A DNA stretch of 63,747 nucleotides, the filler included, from Sphacelaria rigidula (lineage: Eukaryota), in NCBI GenBank assembly GCA_964200075.2. It is 7 parts of 7 records of this genome, joined end to end, with 100 filler letters (N's around TTAATTAATTAA, not from the genome) between each part and the next. Parts side by side here need not be neighbours in the genome. Positions count along the whole stretch, not along the records: positions 45,608 to 54,627 come from CAXNAA020009491.1; positions 54,728 to 63,747 come from CAXNAA020009492.1; 5 more parts are not named here. One strand, 5' to 3'. The notes under the pieces are model-generated. The model saw nothing but the letters and a program-made list of their open reading frames with translations, ran no database searches and was not told the origin of the DNA. Below are positions 50,780-62,500 of the stretch, piece after piece (position 1 is the first letter of the stretch; each line of letters starts with the position of its first letter). Position numbers and translations under genes: made by a program.

Positions 50780-52571
50780 ATATTTATACTACCTACAACG
50801 TGGTTTTCTCATGCTATCCCGTTCACATGTTGCAAGCAAGTTGCACCACCACACGTGTCGTTGTGCTGTTTGTTTGGCAGTGATAGTTGTAACGGTTCAT
50901 GTGCACGTGGACGCGTGCGTGCCATCAAAGATGTGTTCGAGAGCCACCTGCACTCTCTCACACACACACTCCAGACCCAGTATTTTTGCAATAGCAGCTG
51001 AAATTTGTCTCCCGACAGGAGCTACGTGGAAAGAGTAGTCAGCAATCAAGAATGGGATGGTCATAGATGCCGACAAATTGAATAATTTCTCCTGGACATT
51101 CCAACACCAGTATCCGGGACTGCTATGATAGTCGTCGGAAAGTACCACCTTCACCATGTAGCCGTGGTACTTGAACGGAGTCATGGGCAGACACCAAGTA
51201 GGACTGGACATGTCTTCACGAAAGTTTGAAAGCATGACGTGCTTTATCGGCACGCGAAGTACGTACACGGCACATGTGATCGTAGTGGTGCATGGACCCC
51301 GCCTTCGTGATGGGGGCACATCACACATGAGGGTTTGAGGTTTTCACCGTCAAACCTTGTCTACTGTATGTGCCATTGCCAGGCACATGACAACATGAAA
51401 GTACGTACTATGCGTGATGGACAGATTTCATATTGCCGGCATTTCATTCGTACCTTCCCCACGCGTCCATCTTTCTGAAGCGGTTCAACGAGGGTCCTGT
51501 GAGATGTTCATTTTTGCCGTCCGGTTCTCAGTCACTCTAGATGTGAGCCCGACTGAGAGATGGTCACGCGGGAGCCTGCCACACGCGTCAGATGTATTCA
51601 ATGTTTCAATGCATCTCGATGTCTCATTGAGCACACTCAAAATTCACTGAATTGAAGGTGCCCAAACGAAACATAGCGTTGTGTTGTTGGCGATAGAACA
51701 GCGTAGTACACAGGTGAGCAAACGCAGAGAGGTATTGGCAAGCGTCTCTGCAAACGATCGTGTTTGGCCCAAGTGTGCTCACGAGTGCACGCCATCTAGT
51801 GTTCCGGGAGTATGCGTTACCCCGTTTCCCCTCTAATCAAGGCCCTGAAACACCCTGTACCGGTCGTGTAGCTAGTGTGAATTTTTTGGCTTTCAAGACA
51901 CAGCTGCCCCGGACCGCATCTGAACGAAATGAAGGGTAAACTTTTGTATATTGCCTGACCGCGGGTCTGGATTTGCGAGTTTTTCACGCGAGAACCCGAC
52001 CATTGACAAGCATGCGCAGGCGCACTGCTCATAGGTTCCGTGTCCGCCTTTGTACATGGCATGCCTTGTGCACACTTGAATGGTGCTTGAGGGGTAACGG
52101 AACATTCGTGTAGCGAAGATGATTGGGAAGACCAGCAACATGTCATAGAAATATGGAATGGAGTCAGATGTCACAGTAGCAGCGAATAAACAGCGGCCCT
52201 TTCCATCCGTGTAGGCATTTTTTTCGTCAACTTACACCTGATATTTACAGTTGACCTTTAACCACGACCATGACCGTACCCCACGCATTAGGCAAAACTG
52301 AACATAGAACATCTCCTCACTTGAAAGCACATGTGCCACACATGTGAACAATACCTGTTTCCTTCAAAACGTTTGTGCCCAACTAACGTAGCTCTCCCGT
52401 TCATGTAGCACTCATGTGCGCGGCATATGTATGTACGTATGTTTTCAAGGCAGGTAGAATAGTACATGTCAACTGTAGGGTGTATGCCCGACACAGGCGG
52501 GATGATTCCTTATCACGCTTGAGGGTACGTCTAACAGTGGTGATTTTCTGGTGGTGTAAAAGATATTTCCT

Positions 52572-52849
52572 CAACGTTTGGTCAGATATGGGTGCGTTTC
52601 GAAAACTTCACCCTTTGCAGGCGTCTGCTGGTTTACATCAAGGACTGTAAAGGGAAGGATATTTACGGTGACGACCATGGTCATGTCGGCATCCTCTAGA
52701 ATGTTTGCACCAACGTTTGGTCAGATATGGGTGCGCTTCGAAACCTTCACCCTTTTCAGGCGTCTGCTGGTTTACATCAAGGACTGTAAAGGGAAGGATC
52801 TTTACGGTGACTATTATGGTCATGTCGGCGTCATCTAGAATGTGTACAC
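52572..52849. repeat. 139-bp tandem duplication
   Basis: CAACGTTTGGTCAGATATGGGTGCG at 52572 and 52711. Confidence 0.9.
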
Positions 52850-53882
52850 CGATCGTGTACAGTCGTGGTATACTCATCCAACAGATGTGCAATGCACTTT
52901 ACTGGAAGCCTCGATGTGTCTCCCAACAGTTTTTCCCTCCGCTCAACTTCCGGCGTTTTCCTGACATGGTACTTTGACCCTGGCGACAACAAGCATGTAC
53001 TACCATGCACACCATGTAGACGCGATACGAGCCGTGAAGTCCAAGAGAGAAGTGACTAATACAAACATCAAGTTACCCAACATATGAACTCACTCGTGGT
53101 TAAAGTGGAAGCCAGAGCAATACATTACGTTTGTTTCCGACGATACCCGATAAGACGAAAGGGATGAAGACATCAATGCATAGGAGCATATGCGCGCGTG
53201 TGTTGAGATTCGGCAGATATGTACACTTTTCTGCGCGTGTGCACATACCAGGTTCGGTATCAATATTGATATCGTTTGCTTTCGACGGTCGCGTGTACCG
53301 CTGTTGAGAACAAAAGTCACCCCTCTTCTATTTATAGCAGTGAAATAGAACAGGACCAAATCAGGCCGGTAGTTGGGAACCTGGTCAGGCATCTTTGAGG
53401 TCAGCACGATTTCCCCCTACTTGCAGGTATATACGATCCTCTCCAACGTTGTCAAATATTCTGGCACTGTAGAGCAGCTTCATGAGGTTGATCAGGTGTT
53501 CTACAGGCCCTGAGTCCTATGATACTGCACGTATCATACCCGGTGAATCACGACTTGGTATTATGCGTTCAAAGGTTTCTATTGTTTTCGCCTCTTGTAC
53601 TCTATCGATGCTGTATATATGCTTCAGATCCATATTGCCGTATTGGTGAGAAAGTCCCATTTGCTTGGAATACCTCGGGCACTAGGGTTGTGGTCACGAG
53701 ATCAGTTCATGTAAAGTGTCATTTTAGTAAGCACGGGTAGCTCCTGTCCCTCCCGTTCATGTGCGATGATGCTGTTTTCTTCAACGCTGTTTCTCGTTAG
53801 CTAACATCAGAACCCTCTGGTGTGATGCCAACTGTGCTACCGCGAGCAGTTACCCCTCAACAAAAATCACGCGACAGAGCTG

Positions 53883-54584
53883 ATGGCCAGCGTGGCGAGG
53901 AGAGAGTGCATACACGAGGGCTGCCCGAAGCGACCATCGTATGGGGTACCGGGCTACAAGGCGGAGTTCTGCTCGAAGCATGCCAGGGTGGGAATGGTGG
54001 ATGTGGTGAACAAGGTATGCGGCGGCGAAGGCTGCTCGAAGAAGCCATCATATGGTGTGGCGGGTAGCAAGAAGGCGGAGTTCTGCTCGAAGCATGCCGT
54101 GGCGTGGATGGTGAATGTGGTGAACAAGGTATGCGGCGGCGAAGGCTGCTCGAAGAAGCCATCATATGGTGTGGCGGGTAGCAAGAAGGCGGAGTTCTGC
54201 TCTCAGCATGCCGGGGCGTGGATGGTGGATGTGGTGAACAAGAAATGCAGCGAGGAGAGCTGCGTCAAGCATCCATCGTATGGTGTAGCAGGAAGCAAGA
54301 AGGCGGAGTTCTGCTCTCAGCATGCCAGGGCGGGAATGGTGGATGTGGTGAACAAGAAATGCAGCGATGAGAGCTGCCTCAAGCATCCATCGTATGGTGT
54401 AGCAGGAAGCAAGAAGGCGGAGTTCTGCTCTCAGCATGCCAAGGCGGGAATGGTGAATGTGGTGAAAAAACACTGCAGCGACGAGAGCTGCCTCAAGCAT
54501 CCATCGTATGGTGTAGCAGGAAGCAAGAAGGCGGAGTTCTGCTCTCAGCATGCCAGGGCGGGAATGGTTCATGTGGTGAAATAA
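53883..54584 (+). CDS. EsV-1-7 cysteine-repeat protein (six 37-38-aa repeats; likely premature stop)
   Basis: C-x4-C-x-K-x-PSYG...AEFCS-x-HA-x3-MV-x-VV repeats. A seventh repeat (KCSKEGC) begins right after the TAA. Confidence 0.88.
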   Translation: MASVARRECIHEGCPKRPSYGVPGYKAEFCSKHARVGMVDVVNKVCGGEGCSKKPSYGVAGSKKAEFCSKHAVAWMVNVVNKVCGGEGCSKKPSYGVAGSKKAEFCSQHAGAWMVDVVNKKCSEESCVKHPSYGVAGSKKAEFCSQHARAGMVDVVNKKCSDESCLKHPSYGVAGSKKAEFCSQHAKAGMVNVVKKHCSDESCLKHPSYGVAGSKKAEFCSQHARAGMVHVVK

Positions 54585-54627
54585 AAGTGCAGCAAAGAGG
54601 GCTGCCTGGAGCAGGATACGCAGAGTG

Positions 54628-54727
54628 NNNNNNNNNNNNNNNNNNNNNNNNNNNNNNNNNNNNNNNNNNNNTTAATTAATTAANNNNNNNNNNNNNNNNN
54701 NNNNNNNNNNNNNNNNNNNNNNNNNNN
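54628..54727. other. Contig-join spacer
   Basis: N44-TTAATTAATTAA-N44. Confidence 0.98.
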
Positions 54728-54812
54728 CATCGGGGGTCCGCCCCTGCAAGGCCGGGAGGGGGCGCGCCGGGTTCTGGCCGGACGGGGGTGGCGGATGGGG
54801 GGGGGGGGGGGG

Positions 54813-54878
54813 CGTACTCATCGGTGGCTTGCCTTAGTTGTTTGACCATCGACCACGCATCCCTTTCAAGAAGGAGCA
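54813..54878 (-). mobile_element. LINE 3' fragment, short
   Basis: G-runs on both sides, same terminal sequence. Confidence 0.7.
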
Positions 54879-55788
54879 GGGGGGGAGAAGCGATGTGGAT
54901 ACTACTCTATCCGTCAGACATGGGACGCCTCTCCCTAGTCGGAACGAGTGCGTAATCTGAAGGGTTTCAACTCGTTTCCCCCCCTGAACATGTTGTGACA
55001 TGTAGGCATCGCGAATGCGATCAGTATCTTCCTTACCTATCGACTCTCGCCGCCCTTTTCAACGACACAAAAAAAAGAATACTACACGTACAAGGAAAAA
55101 CAAAACCCGTCACTGTCGAGATTCGAACTCGGATCCCATTGTCTGGCCGTTGGTGTACCAGCTCGACTTGTTCCAGCACGGAGGCGCACCATAGAAGGCG
55201 TATGGTAGAACTACCAACGGTTCATGCAGGAATGGTAATAACTGTCGGGAAAGGTACAGCGGCCGTCGTACCGCTACTTGCGCTCCTTGAAAATTGTTGG
55301 ATAGACTCGCCTCAAAAAGATGTATGAACACAATAATGAAAACGATGGTAAAAAACAAAGGGAACGATGATGAAGGTATAATAGTAAAAAATTATCTCTT
55401 TTTCTTTAAAAAAAATACTGTAACGATAAACAAAAAATTTAGTACCAATACAAACACCAACACGAATATCAGGACAAAATACTACCGACACGAGCTAATG
55501 TTAATAATATATCATACTGGCAATATCAATGATGCTGATAATACAAATGATGCTAATAATACTTACAAGTACTACTAGTACAGATAAGATCGTTCAACTA
55601 CGGCCGGATTCGCACCCAATTAGTTGGTACTCGACGATAGAGAAAAAACCATGATCACTATTTTTTCTTCGTGGGCGTAAAGTATCGTTTCTCGAAAGAC
55701 CATGGCGCTTGGCGTTCTGATCCATCCCTGAGGGTGGCGCAGTACCCCGCGAGCTACGAAACTCATGCCTAGCAGCAGAATCCCTCAC

Positions 55789-55929
55789 CGCCTCTCGGAG
55801 TCGTGCGAAAGCCGGGTTCATGGCCTTGGCGGGTGCCAGACTACGCTTGAGGTGCCCTTGCATCTCCTGCAGCATGAGGTGAACGCCCCTCAAGCTCACT
55901 CTAACGGGCTCGACGGCTATGGTGTCTCC
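55789..55929 (-). CDS. Internal exon, probable Fanconi anaemia group D2 protein
   Basis: GDTIAVEPVRVSLRGVHLMLQEMQGHLKRSLAPAKAMNPAFARLREA. CAG/GTGAG, phase 0. Resembles a recalled FANCD2 segment. Confidence 0.55.
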
Positions 55930-56080
55930 CTGTATTGTGTTCACCAAAAAAAGGGAGAAAAAAATAGTCACAGAAATAAAAAAGACAGCTGCAGCAGATT
56001 GTTGCGCTACATGATACGTTCCCGGAATATCAATATATATATATACATATACATATATATATACAGACTGGAAAACGAAT

Positions 56081-56435
56081 GTGTGTGTTGTCGTCCCATC
56101 TATTCTGAACGCCGGTCTACACCTTCCGGTATATGTGGGCGCACCAGCCGGGGTCACACAGGAGGGAGGCCAACACAGCAGATTTGTTTTTAGCTCTCCA
56201 CCTTCCCTCTGCGGTGCCTGCCTTTTTCATTTTTCATCGCGAGAGGGGTCCAGCAGTCCCTTTCCCTCGTCGACCATGACGTCGAATCTCGTTTACCCGC
56301 GACATAGATAGTCGCTCTCCACTGATAGGCATTGACTGTGTGAGAAAAAATCCTAGATCGCTCCGAGGTTCGAACTCACGACCCAACCGTCGGAACCTTT
56401 GGAGGGTACCAACTGGGCCACCGAGGCGATCGGCC
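56081..56435 (-). mobile_element. SINE family 1
   Basis: A-box TGGCCCAGTTGG, B-box GAGTTCGAACC, (CA)n tail. Confidence 0.8.
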
Positions 56436-56894
56436 AATGTCCCTTATATTATACGATCATTTCGGAAACAGTTTCATTTTCTCACTGTTAACCCTTCCCC
56501 TTTTCCGGGACGAGCCCGTGGCGTCCGGGGATCAAATTATCCCTACCCCGGTACCGTACACGCCTTGCGTTTCGGTGCGCTACTACGACACAGATCGGTC
56601 ACTCGGGCACCACCTCGGCTGTCGTCTAACAGCTCTTGTAAGAAAAGAAAAATGTACTGTAGTAAGCCTTGTTGAACCGCACAGAGTGTGAGGATATCGA
56701 CAGATCAGTTGACACTGCGCTCAAGAGAAACGGCGGCGTATGTCTGCATACATACAGTACGTATGAACGTATGCAGCAGGCATACGTGTGCGTATATCTG
56801 CATGTACCCTTGAGACTATACGAAAAATCCATAGGGGCTAACATCTGAGTTTCAGCGCTTCCCGCCAGAGAATTTCACTACGCGCTCACGAGGG

Positions 56895-56896
<2 letters not shown>

Positions 56897-56939
<43 letters not shown>

Positions 56940-57306
56940 GTCATCCCATCTATTCTGGACGCCAGTCTACACTAACTTTCGGTATATGCGGACGCATCAG
57001 CCGGGGTGACACAGGAGGACGACCAACGCGGGAGTTTATTAAAATCTTTATTGAGGTCTCCACCTTACTCTTGCGGTGGTTACCTTCGATTCCTATCGCA
57101 AGAGGGGTTCAGCAGTGCCTTTCCCTCGTCGACCGTGAAGTCGAATCTTGTGTACCTAGGACATAGATAGTCACTCTCCACTGTTGGGCATAGATTGTGT
57201 GAGAAACAAATCCCAGATCGTGTGACTGCACCGTGACTCGAATCCACGACTCAACCGTTAGAGGGTTCCGCGATTACCACCTGAGCCACCGGGGCGGGGC
57301 GACCAC
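56897..57306 (-). mobile_element. SINE family 1 with long (CA)n tail
   Basis: A-box TGGCTCAGGTGG, B-box GGATTCGAGTC, ~(CA)20 tail. Confidence 0.8.
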
Positions 57307-57523
57307 TCATCATATAACTATCTTGCTGATGTCATACATCACTGGAGCGGGAAAATCGGAATCAATCGCACGGTTAGAATATTCGAGCCCATTTGACCTG
57401 ATGGGTTCCGTCAAGTCTCTGGATCTTACCATACCACTCTTTTGGTGACGACACAAGCAGAAAATAAAAGGTATAATACCGACCTTGCGTGCCCATGTCC
57501 GTGCCACAGGTTCGGACGTCATC

Positions 57524-57526
<3 letters not shown>

Positions 57527-57591
<65 letters not shown>
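57527..57591. repeat. (TG)n microsatellite
   Basis: Pure dinucleotide run. Confidence 0.95.
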
Positions 57592-57593
<2 letters not shown>

Positions 57594-57867
57594 CAGTTCA
57601 AGGGTCCCCCAAATCATCGTTTGTACTAGTTCGAATCGCGAATTCGACGACTTCTGCTGAGTGAGGCCTGGTTACTCGAAAGGCGTGCCACACACAGATA
57701 TGATCGCCGGTAAAACCCGTCGTGTTGACCGAATATCAGCAAATTTTGCACTATTCCACGTGCCTGGGGTTAGAGTACCATAGGTGTGCAACGCTGAAAA
57801 GCCAGCACAAGGGTTGGGCGACCGACGCGTGCGGCACGAACCATCTACAATAAAAAACAAAAGTAAG

Positions 57868-57969
57868 GAGTCATGCCACGATAGGGGGGGGGGGGGGGAA
57901 ATACTAGGGTTTCTATTTCCCTTACCAAATTTGTTTGAGTGAAAATAAGGTGTGTTTACTNNNNNNNAG

Positions 57970-58002
<33 letters not shown>

Positions 58003-58624
58003 GGGGGGAGGGGCGGGGGGGGGGGGGGGGGGGGGGGGGATTTTGGGCCACTTCTTCCACTTCAAATTTTCGTTGAAAGCAACAACGGTTGTTTCAGCGC
58101 GCTTGTGACCGATAGATTACACTCATTAGTACCGATTGACTTCCTTTTTTACTCAAATACAAGTGCACCGCGAGTGTGTTAGATCGTCTGACACACCTGT
58201 GAGCCCCCCTTTTTTCGTGGAAGCAAATACCCCCCCCCCCCATAGTGGCGAAGCAATAGAGAGCGGAAGTCATATAATGGCAGAATGTGAACACTACAAG
58301 GAGGAACGGGAAGTGGTAGAGGGGGAAATGCGGGACGTGAACGAAGGTGGCATGGAATTGTTTGATGCAATAGACAGTAGGGAGAAAACGATGGCTATAC
58401 TAGAAGATAGATGGTGGCCACAGACGGCGAAACAGGACGGAGAAAAGATAGGTCAAAGTTTTGTGTAATGTATGGAAGAAACGTTATGAGCGCCGGAATA
58501 TTGAAGGTGTCTCTACTGGGAGTAGGAACGGTGCTCTGTCTCGAAAGGGATCCGTGGTCAATGGTCAAACAACTACGGCAAGCAACAAATGAGTACACCT
58601 CCCTTCCCTATCGTAGCATAACTC
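57868..58624. mobile_element. MITE family A (reverse orientation, spans an N gap) with LINE insertion
   Basis: GAGTCATGCCACGATAGGG...CCCTATCGTAGCATAACTC. AAGTAA on both outer flanks. Confidence 0.65.
58242..58597 (+). mobile_element. Longest LINE 3' fragment (ORF2 C-terminus)
   Basis: GEAIESGSHIMAECEHYKEER...LEDRWWPQTAKQ, second half of a CCHC-type finger. Ends AAATGAGTAC. C-tracts on both sides. Confidence 0.82.
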
Positions 58625-59305
58625 CAAGTAATTTCCAGAAGAATCACTACTCGTTCCGACCCATAGGTCGTTTTGGCATACCGATTGCGATGCGACAAGA
58701 CCGACTTCTACCCCCACCCATCCTGTCCCTTCGAGGGGTGGCGTAGGTTGACAACAAACGCCGTGGAACACCATAACCCTCACTGCGGAAGCTGTGGGGA
58801 ACCAGGTTTTACCGGTTTTATTATCTCTCGCGTTGCGTTTCCCTGCGGTAACCGTGTGGTGGTCGACTTGTATCATGCTGTGCGGAGGACATCAACTCCG
58901 CGCAAAAGGGGGATAATCGTACTACGTAGTGTTTAGTAATATGGTGAGACACAGACCCGTTCGGCAGCGTCTAACTCGCGGCTGTTTCTTATTTTATTAT
59001 TTTTATTTATTTACTAATATTTTATTTGTCGCACTCTGAACCCCTCCTCTTCCTCGGGACGACCCATCTCTCCCTCCGTCTCTAGAAGTGGCAATACCGG
59101 AAAATCAAGGAACTCATTCGAGGTTGTCATCCACATGCAAGATAATTAGTATGCTGTGGGTCGGGCAACCTTAGCAGGGATGCAGGTGCCTCCTGATGCG
59201 CTTGGTGATTGTGAACCCGGTCCGGCGAACACCCGGCGTCGTCCGTCCCGGTTCCACGGGGACTACGGTATGCAAGATCATCGGTACACCTACGCCACCC
59301 ACGCT

Positions 59306-59372
59306 GTGCTCCGTCTCGAACGGGATGCGTGTTCAACGGTCAAACGACTACTATAAGGCAAGCAACAAGTGG
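59306..59372 (+). mobile_element. LINE 3' fragment, short, diverged
   Basis: GTGCTCCGTCTCGAACGGGATGCGTG...GGCAAGCAACAA. Confidence 0.6.
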
Positions 59373-62128
59373 GGACACTTGTCGACATTTCGGTTTTTGC
59401 GGTCCTGGGAGTGCACGGGTGGTCAGTGGTAAGTCACATCTGTCCTTATCCCGTCCCATATATGAGCACCCTTTCGGGGCATCATAACATCACGCGGCGA
59501 TGGGGAGAAAGTGACACCTACCGATATTTCGGTAGGCGGCTAAAGAAGGACATGGTGGTCGGTAGTAAAGAGCACTTATCGATATTTCGGTTTGCGGTCA
59601 TAGAACGGTACGGGTGGAGAGTAGAAAGTCACACCTGTGTCTTTATTCCGAGCAACCTTTAGGGGGCAAAAAAACGGCACAAGGTCATGGGGAGTGAGTG
59701 ACGTCTGTCATGACTTCGGTTTGCGACGAAAAAGGACGAGGTGGTCTGTAGCAACACCCGTCATAAATTTTGCCTAAAAATGCGGAGCAGCCGTTTGAGG
59801 CAAGAAACGGCATGGGGGTCGGTAGTAAGTAAAACCCGTTGATATTTCGGTGAACGACTGAAAAGGACGCCGTGGACGGTATCAACATCTGTCATGATTG
59901 AGAGTTTTGGGCAACTTTTTTTTTTTTTTTGCATTTCAGAGAGCAAATATCTCAGGATCATAGTGTAACGAAGAACCATTTCCCCTTCCGTCAAATGTCT
60001 TATCCTATCTCCTTAGCGTTTTTTCGATCACGTGTTCTTTTTTTTTGTTTGTTATTCTGCACTCTAATCCTTAGATATTGGCACTCCGAAATGACAGCAA
60101 AGCATTTCCCGAAACTTTATTTATCAACTCCTTCGAGCAAAACATATGTCGTTACGCCGTTCAACATCGAAGAACCTTCTGCGGCATGAGAAAAGTGCGG
60201 TGGGGTCGGCAGTAGGTAACATCCATCGATATCCCCCTCAATACTAAGTGTTATTGGAATTACTCAAGCACACAGACCGGCAGTGAAATCGGGATCGGCC
60301 AAAAGAGAAAATTAGGAGCTTTTCACTCGAGCCTCGAATTTTCTGAGACCCCCAACGTGCACAAACGAGCTCGGTTTCTCCATGGAAGTGGACACGGCGA
60401 GAAATGATCGCAGAGAGAAGTAAAATCAGTGAAAGATAGCACGCAGAACCAAAACAAAATCTGAATATAGTCATGGCATAGCCGGATTTCCTTCCCACGG
60501 CCAGAGCGGAAGCCGATACCAGGCGATGGGCCGAACTGGCCGCATCTGTCGTGTACTTGATTGATTTTATTTTGACTGAATGTCGCACATAAACTGACCC
60601 TCCCAGAGATAGACGTACCCAAAAAAAGACAAAACCGAAACACTCGCTCAAGAGAGAGGAGGAGGAACAGAAAAAGTCGAACAGAACGACATAGTAGACT
60701 GACCAAGACGTACAAAAAAAAAGGAACAAAAAACTCAACAAAAGAAAAGGGCAGAAAGAAATCGCCGAGATCTAAAACAAAAAGGGAAAAGAGCAAAAAA
60801 GAAGAGAAAAAAAAAAAGCGAGAAAAAGACGTACTGCTTCGATCATTATAAATTGCTCACTCGAACAATTCTTCATGGATTCTCTCTTTTATTCGTAAGC
60901 CGTTCAAATTGATTGATTAATTAATTAAGTATCTGACATGAACTGATGGCAACAATCCAGCCCGTGGTCAGGAGCAGCAGAAAAAAAAAAAAAGGAGGAA
61001 AGAAACAGATAAAGACAGAAGCATGAATGACATCCATTTATTCGGCCACTGTTCAGATCATACCCATTCCCGAGTGTGAGGGTTCCGCCATGACTAAATC
61101 TTCGTTCCTCGTGTACCGCACGCAAAACGAGGGACGCGGACAACGAGGAACCCACTTGACCGTCCGCAAAGAATAATATCTTCGAGTGCTCTGAACAGAC
61201 AGTAGTCTACCCACTGTTACAGCAAGCATCCATCTTGCTACGAGCAACGAACGCACGATAATGAAGATAACGATAGTTCAGTACACTGTGCTCGCTCTGC
61301 CGTACCTTCGATAAGCAGGTGTGGAATACCACAAGTCTTGGAGGCAGCTCTCATCATCCCAGCTCTAAAAGAGACGAAGGCGACAACATGGAACAATGTT
61401 TTTCACCCGTGCTACTGATTTCTTGTAATCGTATTTGATCGATTGCTGCACTTTAACTGACCCCCCAGTGTTCCAGCCGTGGTCATCTCTGATCATTTTC
61501 CAATATTCCCGCTTCTATGAGGAAGGCATATCGCTAGGGTAGACAGAGACCTATGGATGAGACTGTCGTTCGAGATGTCTTCCAGATGCCGAAGGAACTC
61601 CGAACCTGGCGATGATTTCCTCTTGTGTAATGTAGGCGACGAGGGGGCCAGACTTAGAAGAAGGGATGAACCGTGAAGAGGATACACCCTTCTCCGCGGG
61701 GGATGTTTGACCAACCTGATATATCGGGCTCTCCCTGGCATCACCCCGAGTAATCTAGTATCGTTGGCTTTACAGGGTCCCGGTAATCTGGTCCTTTCGG
61801 ACCGTTCATACATTGTACCTGCATGCGCTGGGTCTTCATACATGTGTGTGTGCGTGTGTGTGTGTGTGTGTGTGGCATTAAATATTTGATGTGTCAAACG
61901 CAACAAGGTGACTTCGACAGTTCACAACTTCGCCCTTAAAAAAAAGGAAACCCGCGGACAGAAAGACACAGTCATCCTCCATCCACCTCCGGCCACAACA
62001 CAAAAAAAAGCAGAACAAGCCTCTCAGCAGGCAAAACCCAACAAAAAACGAGGGAACAAAAAAGGGTACAGAGCCTCTCTCATCGGCACAACAACAAAAA
62101 CAAAAAAAATGGAAAATGACTTTGACAC

Positions 62129-62275
62129 CTGAGTGTTTCTCGTCTTGATGAGCATGCCGGGAAACCCGAGGACCAGGACCGCCTCCGGCGACAGGTGCCG
62201 CATGGACCCTCGGAGAACGTCCCGTAACACTTCCGACATTTCACCTTCAGTCTTCTTCGCCTTCTTAGGCTTCGC
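62129..62275 (-). CDS. Internal exon, probable Fanconi anaemia group D2 protein
   Basis: AKPKKAKKTEGEMSEVLRDVLRGSMRHLSPEAVLVLGFPGMLIKTRNTQ. CAG/GT, phase 0. Confidence 0.55.
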
Positions 62276-62319
62276 CTGTGAGAGACAAGGAGACGTCCGC
62301 GCCGGAGGGGGGGGGGGGA

Positions 62320-62382
62320 CGTACTCATTTGTCGCTTGCCTTCGTCGTTTGACCACTGACCACCCATCCCTTTCGAGACGGA
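62320..62382 (-). mobile_element. LINE 3' fragment with TSD
   Basis: GTCCGCGCCGG plus G-run at 62295 and 62383. Confidence 0.8.
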
Positions 62383-62500
62383 GTCCGCGCCGGGGGGAGG
62401 GGCGGGAATGGGGAAGACAGTTGTAGGGGGGAGGGAACACGGAAAATAACTAATGATCTCTGTGGAATAAACAGAGTCAACAAATCCACGGGGGTGCAAT

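Noticed and set aside
55105-55195. Possible tRNA gene (B-box GAGTTCGAATC on the minus strand)
   Set aside because: No cloverleaf or clear A-box. At most a SINE head remnant.
57961-58040. Long A-run and G-runs beside a short N gap as a G-quadruplex feature
   Set aside because: Low-quality gap-edge sequence, with homopolymer lengths unreliable
60244-60796. Hydrophobic minus-strand ORFs resembling membrane proteins
   Set aside because: Product of A-rich low-complexity sequence within a predicted intron
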